Below, piece by piece: positions 9,066-17,610 of a DNA stretch of 64,000 nt. Made by a program: the position numbers and the translations under genes. How positions within the stretch are numbered: the first letter of the stretch is position 1; each line of letters begins with the position of its first letter. The notes beneath the pieces were generated by a model. That model was not told where the DNA came from and did no database searches. It saw nothing but the letters and a program-made list of their open reading frames with translations. The DNA lies in NCBI GenBank assembly GCA_964444815.1, contig CAYUIR010000001.1, forward strand, positions 4,520 through 68,519, written 5' to 3'. This DNA comes from an uncultured Bdellovibrionales bacterium. GTDB lineage: Bacteria; Patescibacteriota; Minisyncoccia; Moranbacterales; UBA1568.

Positions 9066-10214
9066 TTAGGCGCCACCAAAGCGAGCGAGGAGGCGCTGTT
9101 TGATTTGGGAGAGGAGGGTCAGCATGTTCTCTCGGTTCTTGGCTGTTTCAAATGAAGCCGTGATGGCATTCATATCGATAGCGGTGCCACTTCTGATAGA
9201 AAGTTCAAAATCATTACCATAGAGAGTAGGGAGGGCGATCGGGAGTTCACAGAGGAGTGCCGTACCCCAGACATTGGGTGTGAGCGTGCAGGAGAGAGTG
9301 GTTTCACTCGCCGTGGTAGAAACGAGGATTGGATAGGTAGTATGTGTGAGGAGAAAGTCACGGTATGGGCTAGCGGGCAACGGACGCTTGGTACCTTCTC
9401 CGATAATGAAGTAGGTATCATTGTCGATATCTCGGAGAATTGTCCCATCGGGATGCGCGGCACCAAGGAGGATGATGCGACCACGCTCATAGACACCGAG
9501 CTCTTCTTCGCTCACGCTCACGACATCTTCAAAGTGGTACCCGAGCGCGAGAAATATTTCGGCACTTCCCACCGGGCGCACCTCGGTCTCGCTCACCACG
9601 ATAAAGACACCGGTAGCGTTGCCGAGGAGCGAGCCGACGCGGAAACCGAGCCACTGCTCTGAGATGGGATAGAGAGTGAGGAGCGACCGATCGGCCGGTA
9701 CGGCTCGTCCCTCCGGGAGGCGCGAAAGGTAGGCGGCTTGGCTCACAAAGGGATAGAGTACACCATCACGGAGGGCGTAGTAGGTATCGTCGAGTCGGTA
9801 GGCGGTCTCGGTAGGGAAGTCAGTGACGGGTGCACCGGTCGGATACAAAAAACTCTGATACGAGCGCCGAACAGAAAAATCAAGCGTCTCGGGAAAGGCG
9901 GATTTCTTTTCGAGGTTGGCTCGGACGGAGAGGAGGGAGAAATCACCTACTACGGTGGTGTCAGCGATCATGCGACCACCGGCTTCGATCTTGCCATTTT
10001 CGCGAGGCGTAGCGTCAGGTGCTCGTGGATGGAGGATGGTGTTTTTGCTTGATCCAGGCGAGCGGAAATCAAACTGCTGGGTGATCACCGGAAAGAGGAC
10101 CCGGAGCGCCATATATATCGTGACCATGGCAATCAAGAGGTAGAGGAGGCCGCGGAGCGCGAGATACGTATGGCGCCAGGGCTTGGCAATGGGGAGCGGG
10201 TAGAGGAAAGACAT
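9066..10214 (-). CDS. hypothetical membrane-anchored protein (N-terminal TM helix plus ~340 aa extracytoplasmic domain)
   Basis: 382 aa with a single N-terminal hydrophobic helix (LLYLLIAMVTIYMALRVLF). No recognisable catalytic motif. Confidence 0.5.
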   Translation of the reverse strand: MSFLYPLPIAKPWRHTYLALRGLLYLLIAMVTIYMALRVLFPVITQQFDFRSPGSSKNTILHPRAPDATPRENGKIEAGGRMIADTTVVGDFSLLSVRANLEKKSAFPETLDFSVRRSYQSFLYPTGAPVTDFPTETAYRLDDTYYALRDGVLYPFVSQAAYLSRLPEGRAVPADRSLLTLYPISEQWLGFRVGSLLGNATGVFIVVSETEVRPVGSAEIFLALGYHFEDVVSVSEEELGVYERGRIILLGAAHPDGTILRDIDNDTYFIIGEGTKRPLPASPYRDFLLTHTTYPILVSTTASETTLSCTLTPNVWGTALLCELPIALPTLYGNDFELSIRSGTAIDMNAITASFETAKNRENMLTLLSQIKQRLLARFGGA

Positions 10215-10215
10215 A

Positions 10216-11994
10216 CTAGTAGAGTTGAAAAAGAGTGTTTTTGGTTTCTATCGTGGTCGCGGTGGGGAGACGGAGTGCATCAGAGAGCGTGAGGTTTTCG
10301 AATTGATTGAGGACAAAGTTGATAGATTTGACATAGACGAGGCGCTCACCAAAGACCGCTGCATAGCGAGACTGACTCTCTTCGGGCACGAGGAGGTAGA
10401 CGCGGGTGAAGCGACTGGTGTCGAGGGCAGCGAGGTCGTAGGGATTGAAGAAGTACACGGTATTTTTGCCGGAGAGGAATTGTCCGGGACCGGAGAGCAT
10501 GGTGAATCCGTCCCCGGTCGCATGGCGATCGACCAAGATGAGGTCCGTATCAGTGAAACCCTCGGTCACGGTCGCCACTTGTTCGCGTAGTCCGCGCGCT
10601 TCGGCATAGAACAGTTGGGAGCGCCAGGCCGGGAACTCGAGGATGAGGAGGCCAGCGATAATGAGCGAGACAAAGATGAGTCTCTTGCCACCAGGTTGTT
10701 CGATCGGGAGGGAGCGCTTTCTCGCAAAAAGGAGACCGATAGTGAGCGTGGTCGCGACGAGAAGCGTCGGAAAGAGAGTAAAGAGATAGCGCCTGAGCAT
10801 CCAGGGATGATCAAGCGTGATATTGGGGAGGAAGAGATAGAGAAATGTCGGGAGGGCGAGATAGGCCGGGAGGAGGAGCTCGTAGTGCTTGTATCTGACA
10901 AAGAGGAGGAGGCCAAAGAGTCCAAAGAGCGCGAGCGCGAGAAAGCCGTAGAGAAAAAAGACAGAACCAATATGGACGGAGCTCATATCGCCTAATACAC
11001 GGGCGTTTTCATCGAAGCGGCCGAGAAATTTGAGGAGCGCCTTGCCAATCATCTTGTAGTACGGCACATTCAAGAAAAAGTCACGGAGGAAGACAAAGAG
11101 AAACAAAAGTCCCGGGAGAATGAGGGTCTGCCAGGGAGCACTGCGCCAGAGGGCTCGACCTCGCGGATGGCAGAGGAGCAGGATGAGAGTCAATCCTAAA
11201 AAGGCAAATCCTTCGATGCGGGTAAAAGCGAAGAGGGAGCTAGAGAGGAGGATACTCACGTAGGCGAGTCGGGTGCCCTGGCGGAGGAAAAGCGTGAGCG
11301 AGTAGGCGAGGAAGACAAAGAGGAAGAGCGCCAGGTTTTCGGAGAGGGTAGACTTGGCGAACCAGTTAGGGAGGAAAGAGAAGAGGGCGAGGAGGAGTCC
11401 GGCCCAAGCATAAAACTGGTCGGCAAAGAGTCGAATCAATTGGTAGAGAAAAAAGAATGAGAGAAAGAGGAGGACGGCGTTCCCGATGGCATAGCCAGTG
11501 ACACCGAAGAGCGAGATGAAGCTCCCGAGCCAAGCGGTATAGGCGAGAGGGAATTGGGTGATGAGTGTGCCCTCCTTGGTGTAGGCAAAGCCAGGGAAGT
11601 TGAGAGCTGTCCCTTCACCGTAGATAGCAAAAAATGCCTCGCTTGCCGGAGAACTAAAGGGGAGGCGTGTTTCGGCTGCTAGGCGATAGGCAGCTTCGGC
11701 GATTGAGCCCTGATCACGTCCTGAGAAGAGCGTGGGCTCACTTGAGAGTGTCACCGTGAGAGTCGCAAAGAGGATGACCCCGAGGAGAATGAGGAGAGAC
11801 CAGTGTGAGCGTTTGGCGAGACGGTAGAGGATGAGGAGAGCGAGACCGAGGGAGAGGACGAAACCGACGGCTATGAGGGGAAAGAGAAACAGGCTCCCCA
11901 AGGTGAGGGTGAGTGCGAACCAGCCATAGACGACAAAGGTCAATCCAAAAAGGACGAGGAGACCATCGCTTTTCTCAAAATGAGGCAGTTTCAT
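10216..11994 (-). CDS. polytopic membrane protein, GT-C-like glycosyltransferase candidate (PMT/ArnT-like topology)
   Basis: About 12 TM helices followed by a ~130 aa soluble C-terminal domain. Start placed at MKLPHFE (11994) with GGAGG 4 nt upstream. The 85-codon extension in the track was rejected. Confidence 0.55.
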   Translation of the reverse strand: MKLPHFEKSDGLLVLFGLTFVVYGWFALTLTLGSLFLFPLIAVGFVLSLGLALLILYRLAKRSHWSLLILLGVILFATLTVTLSSEPTLFSGRDQGSIAEAAYRLAAETRLPFSSPASEAFFAIYGEGTALNFPGFAYTKEGTLITQFPLAYTAWLGSFISLFGVTGYAIGNAVLLFLSFFFLYQLIRLFADQFYAWAGLLLALFSFLPNWFAKSTLSENLALFLFVFLAYSLTLFLRQGTRLAYVSILLSSSLFAFTRIEGFAFLGLTLILLLCHPRGRALWRSAPWQTLILPGLLFLFVFLRDFFLNVPYYKMIGKALLKFLGRFDENARVLGDMSSVHIGSVFFLYGFLALALFGLFGLLLFVRYKHYELLLPAYLALPTFLYLFLPNITLDHPWMLRRYLFTLFPTLLVATTLTIGLLFARKRSLPIEQPGGKRLIFVSLIIAGLLILEFPAWRSQLFYAEARGLREQVATVTEGFTDTDLILVDRHATGDGFTMLSGPGQFLSGKNTVYFFNPYDLAALDTSRFTRVYLLVPEESQSRYAAVFGERLVYVKSINFVLNQFENLTLSDALRLPTATTIETKNTLFQLY

Positions 11995-12102
11995 AGTACC
12001 TCCAGTATACCGTAAAAGCGCTTCTTGTTCCATCTCCATATACTTGGTTTGCCAAGGGAAACTCGTCGGGCTACAATAGAGGAAATTGCTTATATTCCCA
12101 AG

Positions 12103-13287
12103 ATGAATATTCTTGTTGTGGCGCCGACGCCGTTTTTTTCTGATCGGGGGACCCATATCCGTATCCTCGAAGAAGCGCTCGCCCTCGAAAAGCGTGGTCA
12201 TGAGGTGACGATCGCTACGTACCACATCGGCCAAAACTTGCCAGAGCATCTCGGATCACATATCGATGTCCGCCGTATCAGGCGACTTTTGTTTTGGTAC
12301 AAGAAATTGGAAGCGGGCCCAGACTGGCAAAAGATCATTCTCGATCTCCTCCTTATCAAAAAGGTGTTTTTCTTGGCGCGGACCAAGCGCCCCGACATCA
12401 TCCATGCTCATCTCCATGAGGGAGCGCTCATCGCCTGGATCGTGCAAAAGATGCTCTTCTGGCGCGGAATCAAGGTGGTAGCGGATTTCCATGGCAGTCT
12501 GACCAAGGAGATGGTGTCGCACAAATACCTCCGTGCTTCTGGTCTCGAGCGCTTATTTCGCTTTGTGGAAGAGTGGATTGACACCCTGGGAGATGCTGCT
12601 GTCGCGAGTTCGTGGAATAACGCGGAGGAGATCGCTCGGATTCGCGGAACCAAAGTCGAGGTACTCCTCGATGGGACACGTCTCTCGATGTTTGAGGGTC
12701 TACCTGAGCGTTCTCTGATTCGAGAGGAGTATGGTGTCCCCGAGTCAGCCGTCGTCGTGACCTACACGGGGGCCTTTATCCGGAACAAAGGCATCAATTT
12801 CTTTCTCGAAGCCATGCCACAAGTAGCCAAGGAATGTCCTACCGCTCATTTTGTCCTTGCTGGTTTCCCACTTGATCTCATCGAGCATGACATCCCCGAG
12901 GCGCTTCGGACACGTGTGACTATCGTGAGTCCCTCGCCGTACTTTGATCTGCCTCGGATCCTCCGGATGAGTGACATCGGGGTCGATCCCAAAGATGAGG
13001 CGACCCGAGAGGCGAGTGGTAAGACGCTTCAGTATATGGGAGCAGGACTACCGGTCGCGTGCTTTGCGACGGGTAACAATCGTGAATATCTTGGCGAGGG
13101 TGGTACTTTTGCCGAGACCGTGACGGCGAGCGCTTTGGCCGAGGCTATCCTCGTCCTGGCCAATGACGTGTCACTGTGTGCCAAGAAGGGTGCAATCAAC
13201 CGTACCCGAGCCGAGGATTTCAGTTGGGAGAAAAGCGCCGAGAAAGTAGAGGGGATGTATCAGTCACTTTTGAGACAACCATCATGA
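12103..13287 (+). CDS. glycosyltransferase family 4
   Basis: Start moved to MNILVVAPTPFFSDRGTHIR (12103). GT-B fold with a C-terminal Glycos_transf_1-like region. Confidence 0.8.
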   Translation: MNILVVAPTPFFSDRGTHIRILEEALALEKRGHEVTIATYHIGQNLPEHLGSHIDVRRIRRLLFWYKKLEAGPDWQKIILDLLLIKKVFFLARTKRPDIIHAHLHEGALIAWIVQKMLFWRGIKVVADFHGSLTKEMVSHKYLRASGLERLFRFVEEWIDTLGDAAVASSWNNAEEIARIRGTKVEVLLDGTRLSMFEGLPERSLIREEYGVPESAVVVTYTGAFIRNKGINFFLEAMPQVAKECPTAHFVLAGFPLDLIEHDIPEALRTRVTIVSPSPYFDLPRILRMSDIGVDPKDEATREASGKTLQYMGAGLPVACFATGNNREYLGEGGTFAETVTASALAEAILVLANDVSLCAKKGAINRTRAEDFSWEKSAEKVEGMYQSLLRQPS

Positions 13288-14471
13288 ATCTTTGGCGGAT
13301 CAAATTAGGCAAAGCCTGGAATGTCCTCAAGCGGGACGGACTCTGGCGGGGTGGGATGCGGGTGCTTACAGCCTTCGGTCAGTTGTTTCGGCGCGTCCGG
13401 CCAGGCGATATCCTCTTTATCTCGAATGGTGTCGGTGATAGTGCTCGCTATCGAACCGTGCATGTGGCTGAGGAGCTTGAGCAGGCTCACTTTCGGACGG
13501 CAGTGACGGTCCAGGACAATCCATTTCTCTCGTCCTATGCCGACCAGTTTTCAGTCTTTGTGTTTCATCGCGTGCTCTACACTGATCAGATTGCATCCTT
13601 TGTGGCTCGGCTCAAAGCACTCAAAAAGACGATTGTCTTTGAGACAGACGACCTCGTGTATGACCCCGAGTTTCTCCGGCACATGGACTATTACACTCAG
13701 ATGAATCCCTGGGAGAAGAAACTTTATGAGCATGGTTTGGGAGGGGAGATACTCAGTGATCCGTATGTCAAGGTGGCGACGACGACTACTTCGTTTCTGG
13801 CGGACAAGCTCCGTGAGCGAGGGAAGCAGGTTTTTGTGGTACGCAACAAACTTTCGAAGCAAGACCTCCTCTGGGCCGCCGATGCTTTGGTCAAGAAAGC
13901 TAACAGCTATAAGCTATCAGTCACTCATCCTATCCGTATTGGGTATCTCTCTGGTACTCCGAGTCACAACAAGGACTTTGCCACGATTACCCAGGCGCTG
14001 GTATCAATTCTGGAGCGTTATCCAATTGTCCGGCTCGTGCTCGCCGGGCCACTCGATACGGAGAGTGCCCTTCAGAAATTTGCCGACCGGATCGAACGGG
14101 TGCCGTTTGTGCCTCGGAGTGAACTCTTTGGGGTGATTGCGTCCCTTGATATCAATCTCGCGCCACTTGAAATCGGTAACCCTTTCTGTGAGTCCAAGTC
14201 GGAGCTCAAGTGGTTCGAAGCGGGTATTGTTGGCGTGCCCACGGTGGCTACTGCCACCCAGACGTTTCGTGAGGCGATCACCGATGGCGTGGATGGATAT
14301 GTCGCGTCGACCGAGAGTGAATGGCAGGAGAAATTGGCCCGACTCATCACTGATTCTGTGGCGCGACAGGCGATGGGTGCCCGAGCTCGCGAGACCGTGC
14401 TCGCCAAGTACGTGACCAGCGCTGGTGACCCAGCCTACGCCGAATATTTGCGACAGAGAGTCTCAAAATAG
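13284..14471 (+). CDS. glycosyltransferase (GT4-like C-terminal domain)
   Basis: Start at MNLWRIKLG (13284), overlapping the upstream stop as ATGA. C-terminal FEAGIVGVPTVATATQTFREAITDGVDGY is GT1/GT4-like. Confidence 0.75.
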   Translation: MNLWRIKLGKAWNVLKRDGLWRGGMRVLTAFGQLFRRVRPGDILFISNGVGDSARYRTVHVAEELEQAHFRTAVTVQDNPFLSSYADQFSVFVFHRVLYTDQIASFVARLKALKKTIVFETDDLVYDPEFLRHMDYYTQMNPWEKKLYEHGLGGEILSDPYVKVATTTTSFLADKLRERGKQVFVVRNKLSKQDLLWAADALVKKANSYKLSVTHPIRIGYLSGTPSHNKDFATITQALVSILERYPIVRLVLAGPLDTESALQKFADRIERVPFVPRSELFGVIASLDINLAPLEIGNPFCESKSELKWFEAGIVGVPTVATATQTFREAITDGVDGYVASTESEWQEKLARLITDSVARQAMGARARETVLAKYVTSAGDPAYAEYLRQRVSK

Positions 14472-14494
14472 GTGATCTTGTTCGGAAAAATATG

Positions 14495-14528
14495 AGACGA
14501 GTATCGTGGATGGATACTCGTCTTTTTG
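14495..14528 (+). terminator. rho-independent terminator
   Basis: AGACGAGTATC-GTGGATG-GATACTCGTCT hairpin followed by TTTTG, 24 nt after the stop at 14471. Confidence 0.6.
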
Positions 14529-14530
14529 TC

Positions 14531-14559
14531 TTGACAAGAAAGTAAAAAAGTGTTACGGT
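14531..14559 (+). promoter_or_regulatory. candidate promoter (TTGACA, 17 nt spacer, TACGGT) for the orphan gene
   Basis: Perfect -35 TTGACA with a weak -10. AGGAG lies 6 nt before the ATG at 14591. Confidence 0.35.
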
Positions 14560-14590
14560 TTCGCTACCCTTAGCAACCGCAGGAGCGGAA

Positions 14591-15487
14591 ATGACAGATA
14601 TGAGGAGGCCGAGAACTCTCGGCTCAGTAGCGTTTGATGGCGCTTATGGCAATCGCGCGCCCTCGATTCTCGTGGCAGCGGTAAAGCCTGAGCGCGAGGA
14701 AGGCACGTGGAGGATCGAGATTGGAAGCGACGCGCTCTGTGCGACGAATGTCGATGCACTCGATCACTTGACGCGGAGTGTCATGCTTCGCAATACGATG
14801 GGTCAAGAAGCATTTGGACTCTATGGTTTTGCCCATCTGGCCCTTTCCCTCAACTTCACCGATCAGCCGAGACCGCTTCTGGTCGTGATCGAGCGTTCGT
14901 GGGGAACGGCAGCGTATCCACGGCATCTTTCGCTTCCGTACGGGACTGCGGAGGGCATCGAGGAGCTGCTTGACCCTTGGCTCATCGCCAACCGCAGCTT
15001 CGGGCAGCAAATCGCCATTGGCATTGGCTCGGAGGGATATCTCCGGATGGGGAATGACCAGGATCATGCAGCCGAGGCGATAAGCCGTCTCAATCTCACG
15101 CCGGTTCGGCACGGTGTACGCTGGCAGACACCCGTTGCGGCTACGGACGCGCTCATCGCCTGCGTGACCGATAGTGTGGGACACAGGACGAGGATGAAAC
15201 GCCATACGTGCCTGATTCATCCGGACACGTCGAGCGCTCGCATCGAACTAGTGTATCTCCGAGCGATCGAATTCCCGGGTACGCTCGAAAAATGTCAGTT
15301 GCGGGATACGAACGTCGCCGTGGAGACGAATTGTCCAGTCCATCTCATCGACTATGACGGCAGAGTCGTCGCGTCGTTCGAGAACGGGAAACGCGTAGCG
15401 ACGAACTTTCCTTTGCTCGTGAAGCCCGACCTGGCCCATACACTGATGTATCTGCGCCAACACCATCAAGCGGCCGTGCCGGTGTAG
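14591..15487 (+). CDS. hypothetical protein (orphan, GC-rich, ~58% GC)
   Basis: 298 aa ORF with its own RBS, promoter and upstream terminator. No domain recognised. An antisense 198 aa ORF (14624-15220) was judged the less likely reading. Confidence 0.45.
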   Translation: MTDMRRPRTLGSVAFDGAYGNRAPSILVAAVKPEREEGTWRIEIGSDALCATNVDALDHLTRSVMLRNTMGQEAFGLYGFAHLALSLNFTDQPRPLLVVIERSWGTAAYPRHLSLPYGTAEGIEELLDPWLIANRSFGQQIAIGIGSEGYLRMGNDQDHAAEAISRLNLTPVRHGVRWQTPVAATDALIACVTDSVGHRTRMKRHTCLIHPDTSSARIELVYLRAIEFPGTLEKCQLRDTNVAVETNCPVHLIDYDGRVVASFENGKRVATNFPLLVKPDLAHTLMYLRQHHQAAVPV

Positions 15488-15548
15488 TTCGCCCGCAGTC
15501 AGGCCATTGCGTATCGATCCGGATCCTCGGGTTGGTACGCTTTTTCTT

Positions 15549-15577
15549 TTGAAGCAAAATGGCGCATGGTATATACT
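15549..15577 (+). promoter_or_regulatory. sigma70-like promoter (TTGAAG, 17 nt spacer, TATACT)
   Basis: Near-consensus elements about 30 nt upstream of the epimerase ATG. Confidence 0.5.
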
Positions 15578-15606
15578 AGGAGAGTAATTGGCTAGCGACT
15601 CAATGT

Positions 15607-16563
15607 ATGAAAGTACTCATCACTGGAGGGGCAGGATTTATAGGCTCAGCAACCGCGCGGGCACTGATGGAGCGAGGTGATACGCCCATACTCATCGACA
15701 ACTTCAACGACTACTACGACCCTCGGATTAAAGAGGACCGCATCAAGAAGTTTCTCAAAGCCTACAAAGGTGGGTTCAAGTTGTACCGGGGTGACATCCG
15801 CGATGCGAAATTTCTCGAAAAGGTGTTCAAGAAAGAGAAACCAGAAAAAGTAGTCCATCTCGCGGCTATGGCTGGAGTCCGGAATAGTCTCAAGAATCCA
15901 GCCCTCTATGTTGATGTGAATGTCATGGGGACGACACTCCTCCTCGATTTCTCGGTCAAGTACGGAATCAAGAATTTCCTCTACGCTTCGTCTTCATCAG
16001 TCTATGGCAACAACAAGAAACTACCGTTTTCGGAAACTGATCCGGTAGATACCCCTATTTCGCCGTACGCCGCCACCAAGAAGGCGACCGAGCTCCTGGC
16101 TCATGTCTACAGTCATATCCACAGTCTCCCGACCACAGGACTCCGGTTTTTCACCGTTTACGGCCCATGGGGACGACCGGATATGGCTCTCTTTGATTTT
16201 ACTCGGGCGATCTTTGCCGATGAAACTATCAAGGTCTACAATCGTGGCAACATGACCCGGAACTTTACCTATATCGATGACATTGTCTCGGGTATCCTCA
16301 CCTGTCTCGATAAAAACCTCCCGTGTGCCCTCATGAATATCGGGGGAGACAAAGAAGAGAAGCTCACCCGGTTTATCGAGGTGATTGAAAAGAACGTGGG
16401 GAAGACGGCCAAGAAAAAACTGATGCCCATGCAACCAGGCGATGTCCCATCGACCGTGGCAGATATCAAGCGCTTGCGCAATCTGGGCTGGAAGCCGACC
16501 ACTCGTATCGATGAGGGGATCAAGAACTTTGTCGATTGGTACCGGGAGTACTTCGGGGTGTAG
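15607..16563 (+). CDS. NAD-dependent epimerase/dehydratase, UDP-glucuronate 4-epimerase-like (CapI/WbnF-type)
   Basis: 318 aa. Contains GGAGFIGS, a YxxxK active site (YAATKKATE) and the C-terminal FVDWYREYF typical of UDP-GlcA 4-epimerases. Confidence 0.8.
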   Translation: MKVLITGGAGFIGSATARALMERGDTPILIDNFNDYYDPRIKEDRIKKFLKAYKGGFKLYRGDIRDAKFLEKVFKKEKPEKVVHLAAMAGVRNSLKNPALYVDVNVMGTTLLLDFSVKYGIKNFLYASSSSVYGNNKKLPFSETDPVDTPISPYAATKKATELLAHVYSHIHSLPTTGLRFFTVYGPWGRPDMALFDFTRAIFADETIKVYNRGNMTRNFTYIDDIVSGILTCLDKNLPCALMNIGGDKEEKLTRFIEVIEKNVGKTAKKKLMPMQPGDVPSTVADIKRLRNLGWKPTTRIDEGIKNFVDWYREYFGV

Positions 16564-16588
16564 TCACGAACAGAGTAAAAAAGAAAAA

Positions 16589-16618
16589 GAGGCGGCCGGT
16601 ATCCGGTCGCCTTTTGCT
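16589..16618 (+). terminator. rho-independent terminator
   Basis: GGCGGCCGG-TAT-CCGGTCGCC stem (one G-U pair) followed by TTTTG. Confidence 0.7.
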
Positions 16619-17122
16619 ATGAGGCCGAACCCTTTTCGGCACGGCGCTCAGCAATTGTCCTGATGATGTGACAGGAGTGTCTCGGGATAGCGAAGAATCC
16701 GTCGAGTCTCGTATCACGCCAACTACGTCCGACGTCAAACGTGTTCCAGTACGTTTGCATCAGTTTGTGGCTCTGCATGGCTCGAAGTGCGTCCTGTGTT
16801 TTGATTAAAACGCAGTCCGGTCTGTCTTCGAAGATCTGACCGTCCATGAATTTTAGATGTAGCCAGGCAGTCAGTTGCCCATGAGGGTGGTGAAATACAC
16901 CGTTTACGTGCGCGGGAACCCTGACTACCCGCACCCGAACGTGTTGCGCAGGGGCGTGAGGCATCTGGTCTCCTTGAGTGTGGCGCCCTCGGAAGATTCC
17001 GGGGGTAGCACCTCAAGGCGACTGAGAAGTATCTCACAGATTGGTATTTTTGTAAAGATTGGGCCTGTCAGAAAAGGGGATTTTCGAGTAGAATACAGGT
17101 ATCTGGTGATAGGTGCACACCA

Positions 17123-17151
17123 TTGACAAAGTGTCAATTTTATGCTAGAAT
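17123..17151 (+). promoter_or_regulatory. consensus sigma70 promoter for rnpB (TTGACA, 17 nt spacer, TAGAAT)
   Basis: TTGACA at 17123-17128 and TAGAAT at 17146-17151. The predicted start site lies about 15-20 nt upstream of the mature RNase P 5' end. Confidence 0.6.
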
Positions 17152-17171
17152 AGACCGTTAACCGTTCCTTT

Positions 17172-17563
17172 CCAGAACAGATTGGATTATCGCGCGGCCA
17201 AGCCCTGAAAGGGGTCTGGAGCGAGGAAAGTCCGGACACTGAGCCACAGCGTAAGCAAGTGGCAAGGGTAATGGGTAACCCCCATACGCCGTGAGGCGCG
17301 AGGTGCGAGCAGAGACGCTCTTCTCCGAAAGGAGTGAGTATCCAGCAATGGATAAGTCTTCATATAAGTTCAGGGTTTACTCTGAGCGAAGTCGAAGAGT
17401 GAAACGGCTAAATCCTTACCTCGGTGCAAGGTCGTGCCTAGATCCTCTTGGAGCTCAAGAGGGGACGGGAGAACTGCAAAGATTCGGCTGGTAACAGTCG
17501 GACAAGATAAATGATAATCTCTGCTTTCGGGCAGAACAGAATCCGGCTTATAGATCTGTTTTG
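17172..17563 (+). ncRNA. rnpB: RNase P RNA, bacterial type A
   Basis: Both P4 strands are present: GAGGAAAGTCCGGAC at the 5' side and ACAGAATCCGGCTTAT at the 3' side. GGCTGGTAACAGTCGG parallels E. coli M1 GGCUGGUAACAGUCCG. A P1 helix is formed by CAGAACAGAT and ATCTGTTTTGG. Confidence 0.85.
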
Positions 17564-17610
17564 GAAAAGAGCGTCTAACAGCGAGAGTCCAACTCCTTAA
17601 GACTTTTAGA

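Noticed and set aside
14624-15220. 198 aa minus-strand ORF antisense to the orphan gene
   Set aside because: It is shorter and lacks an RBS or promoter, while the plus-strand ORF has both. The call remains uncertain because neither product has a recognisable domain.
17291-17494. 67 aa ORF inside rnpB
   Set aside because: It lies entirely within the RNase P RNA.
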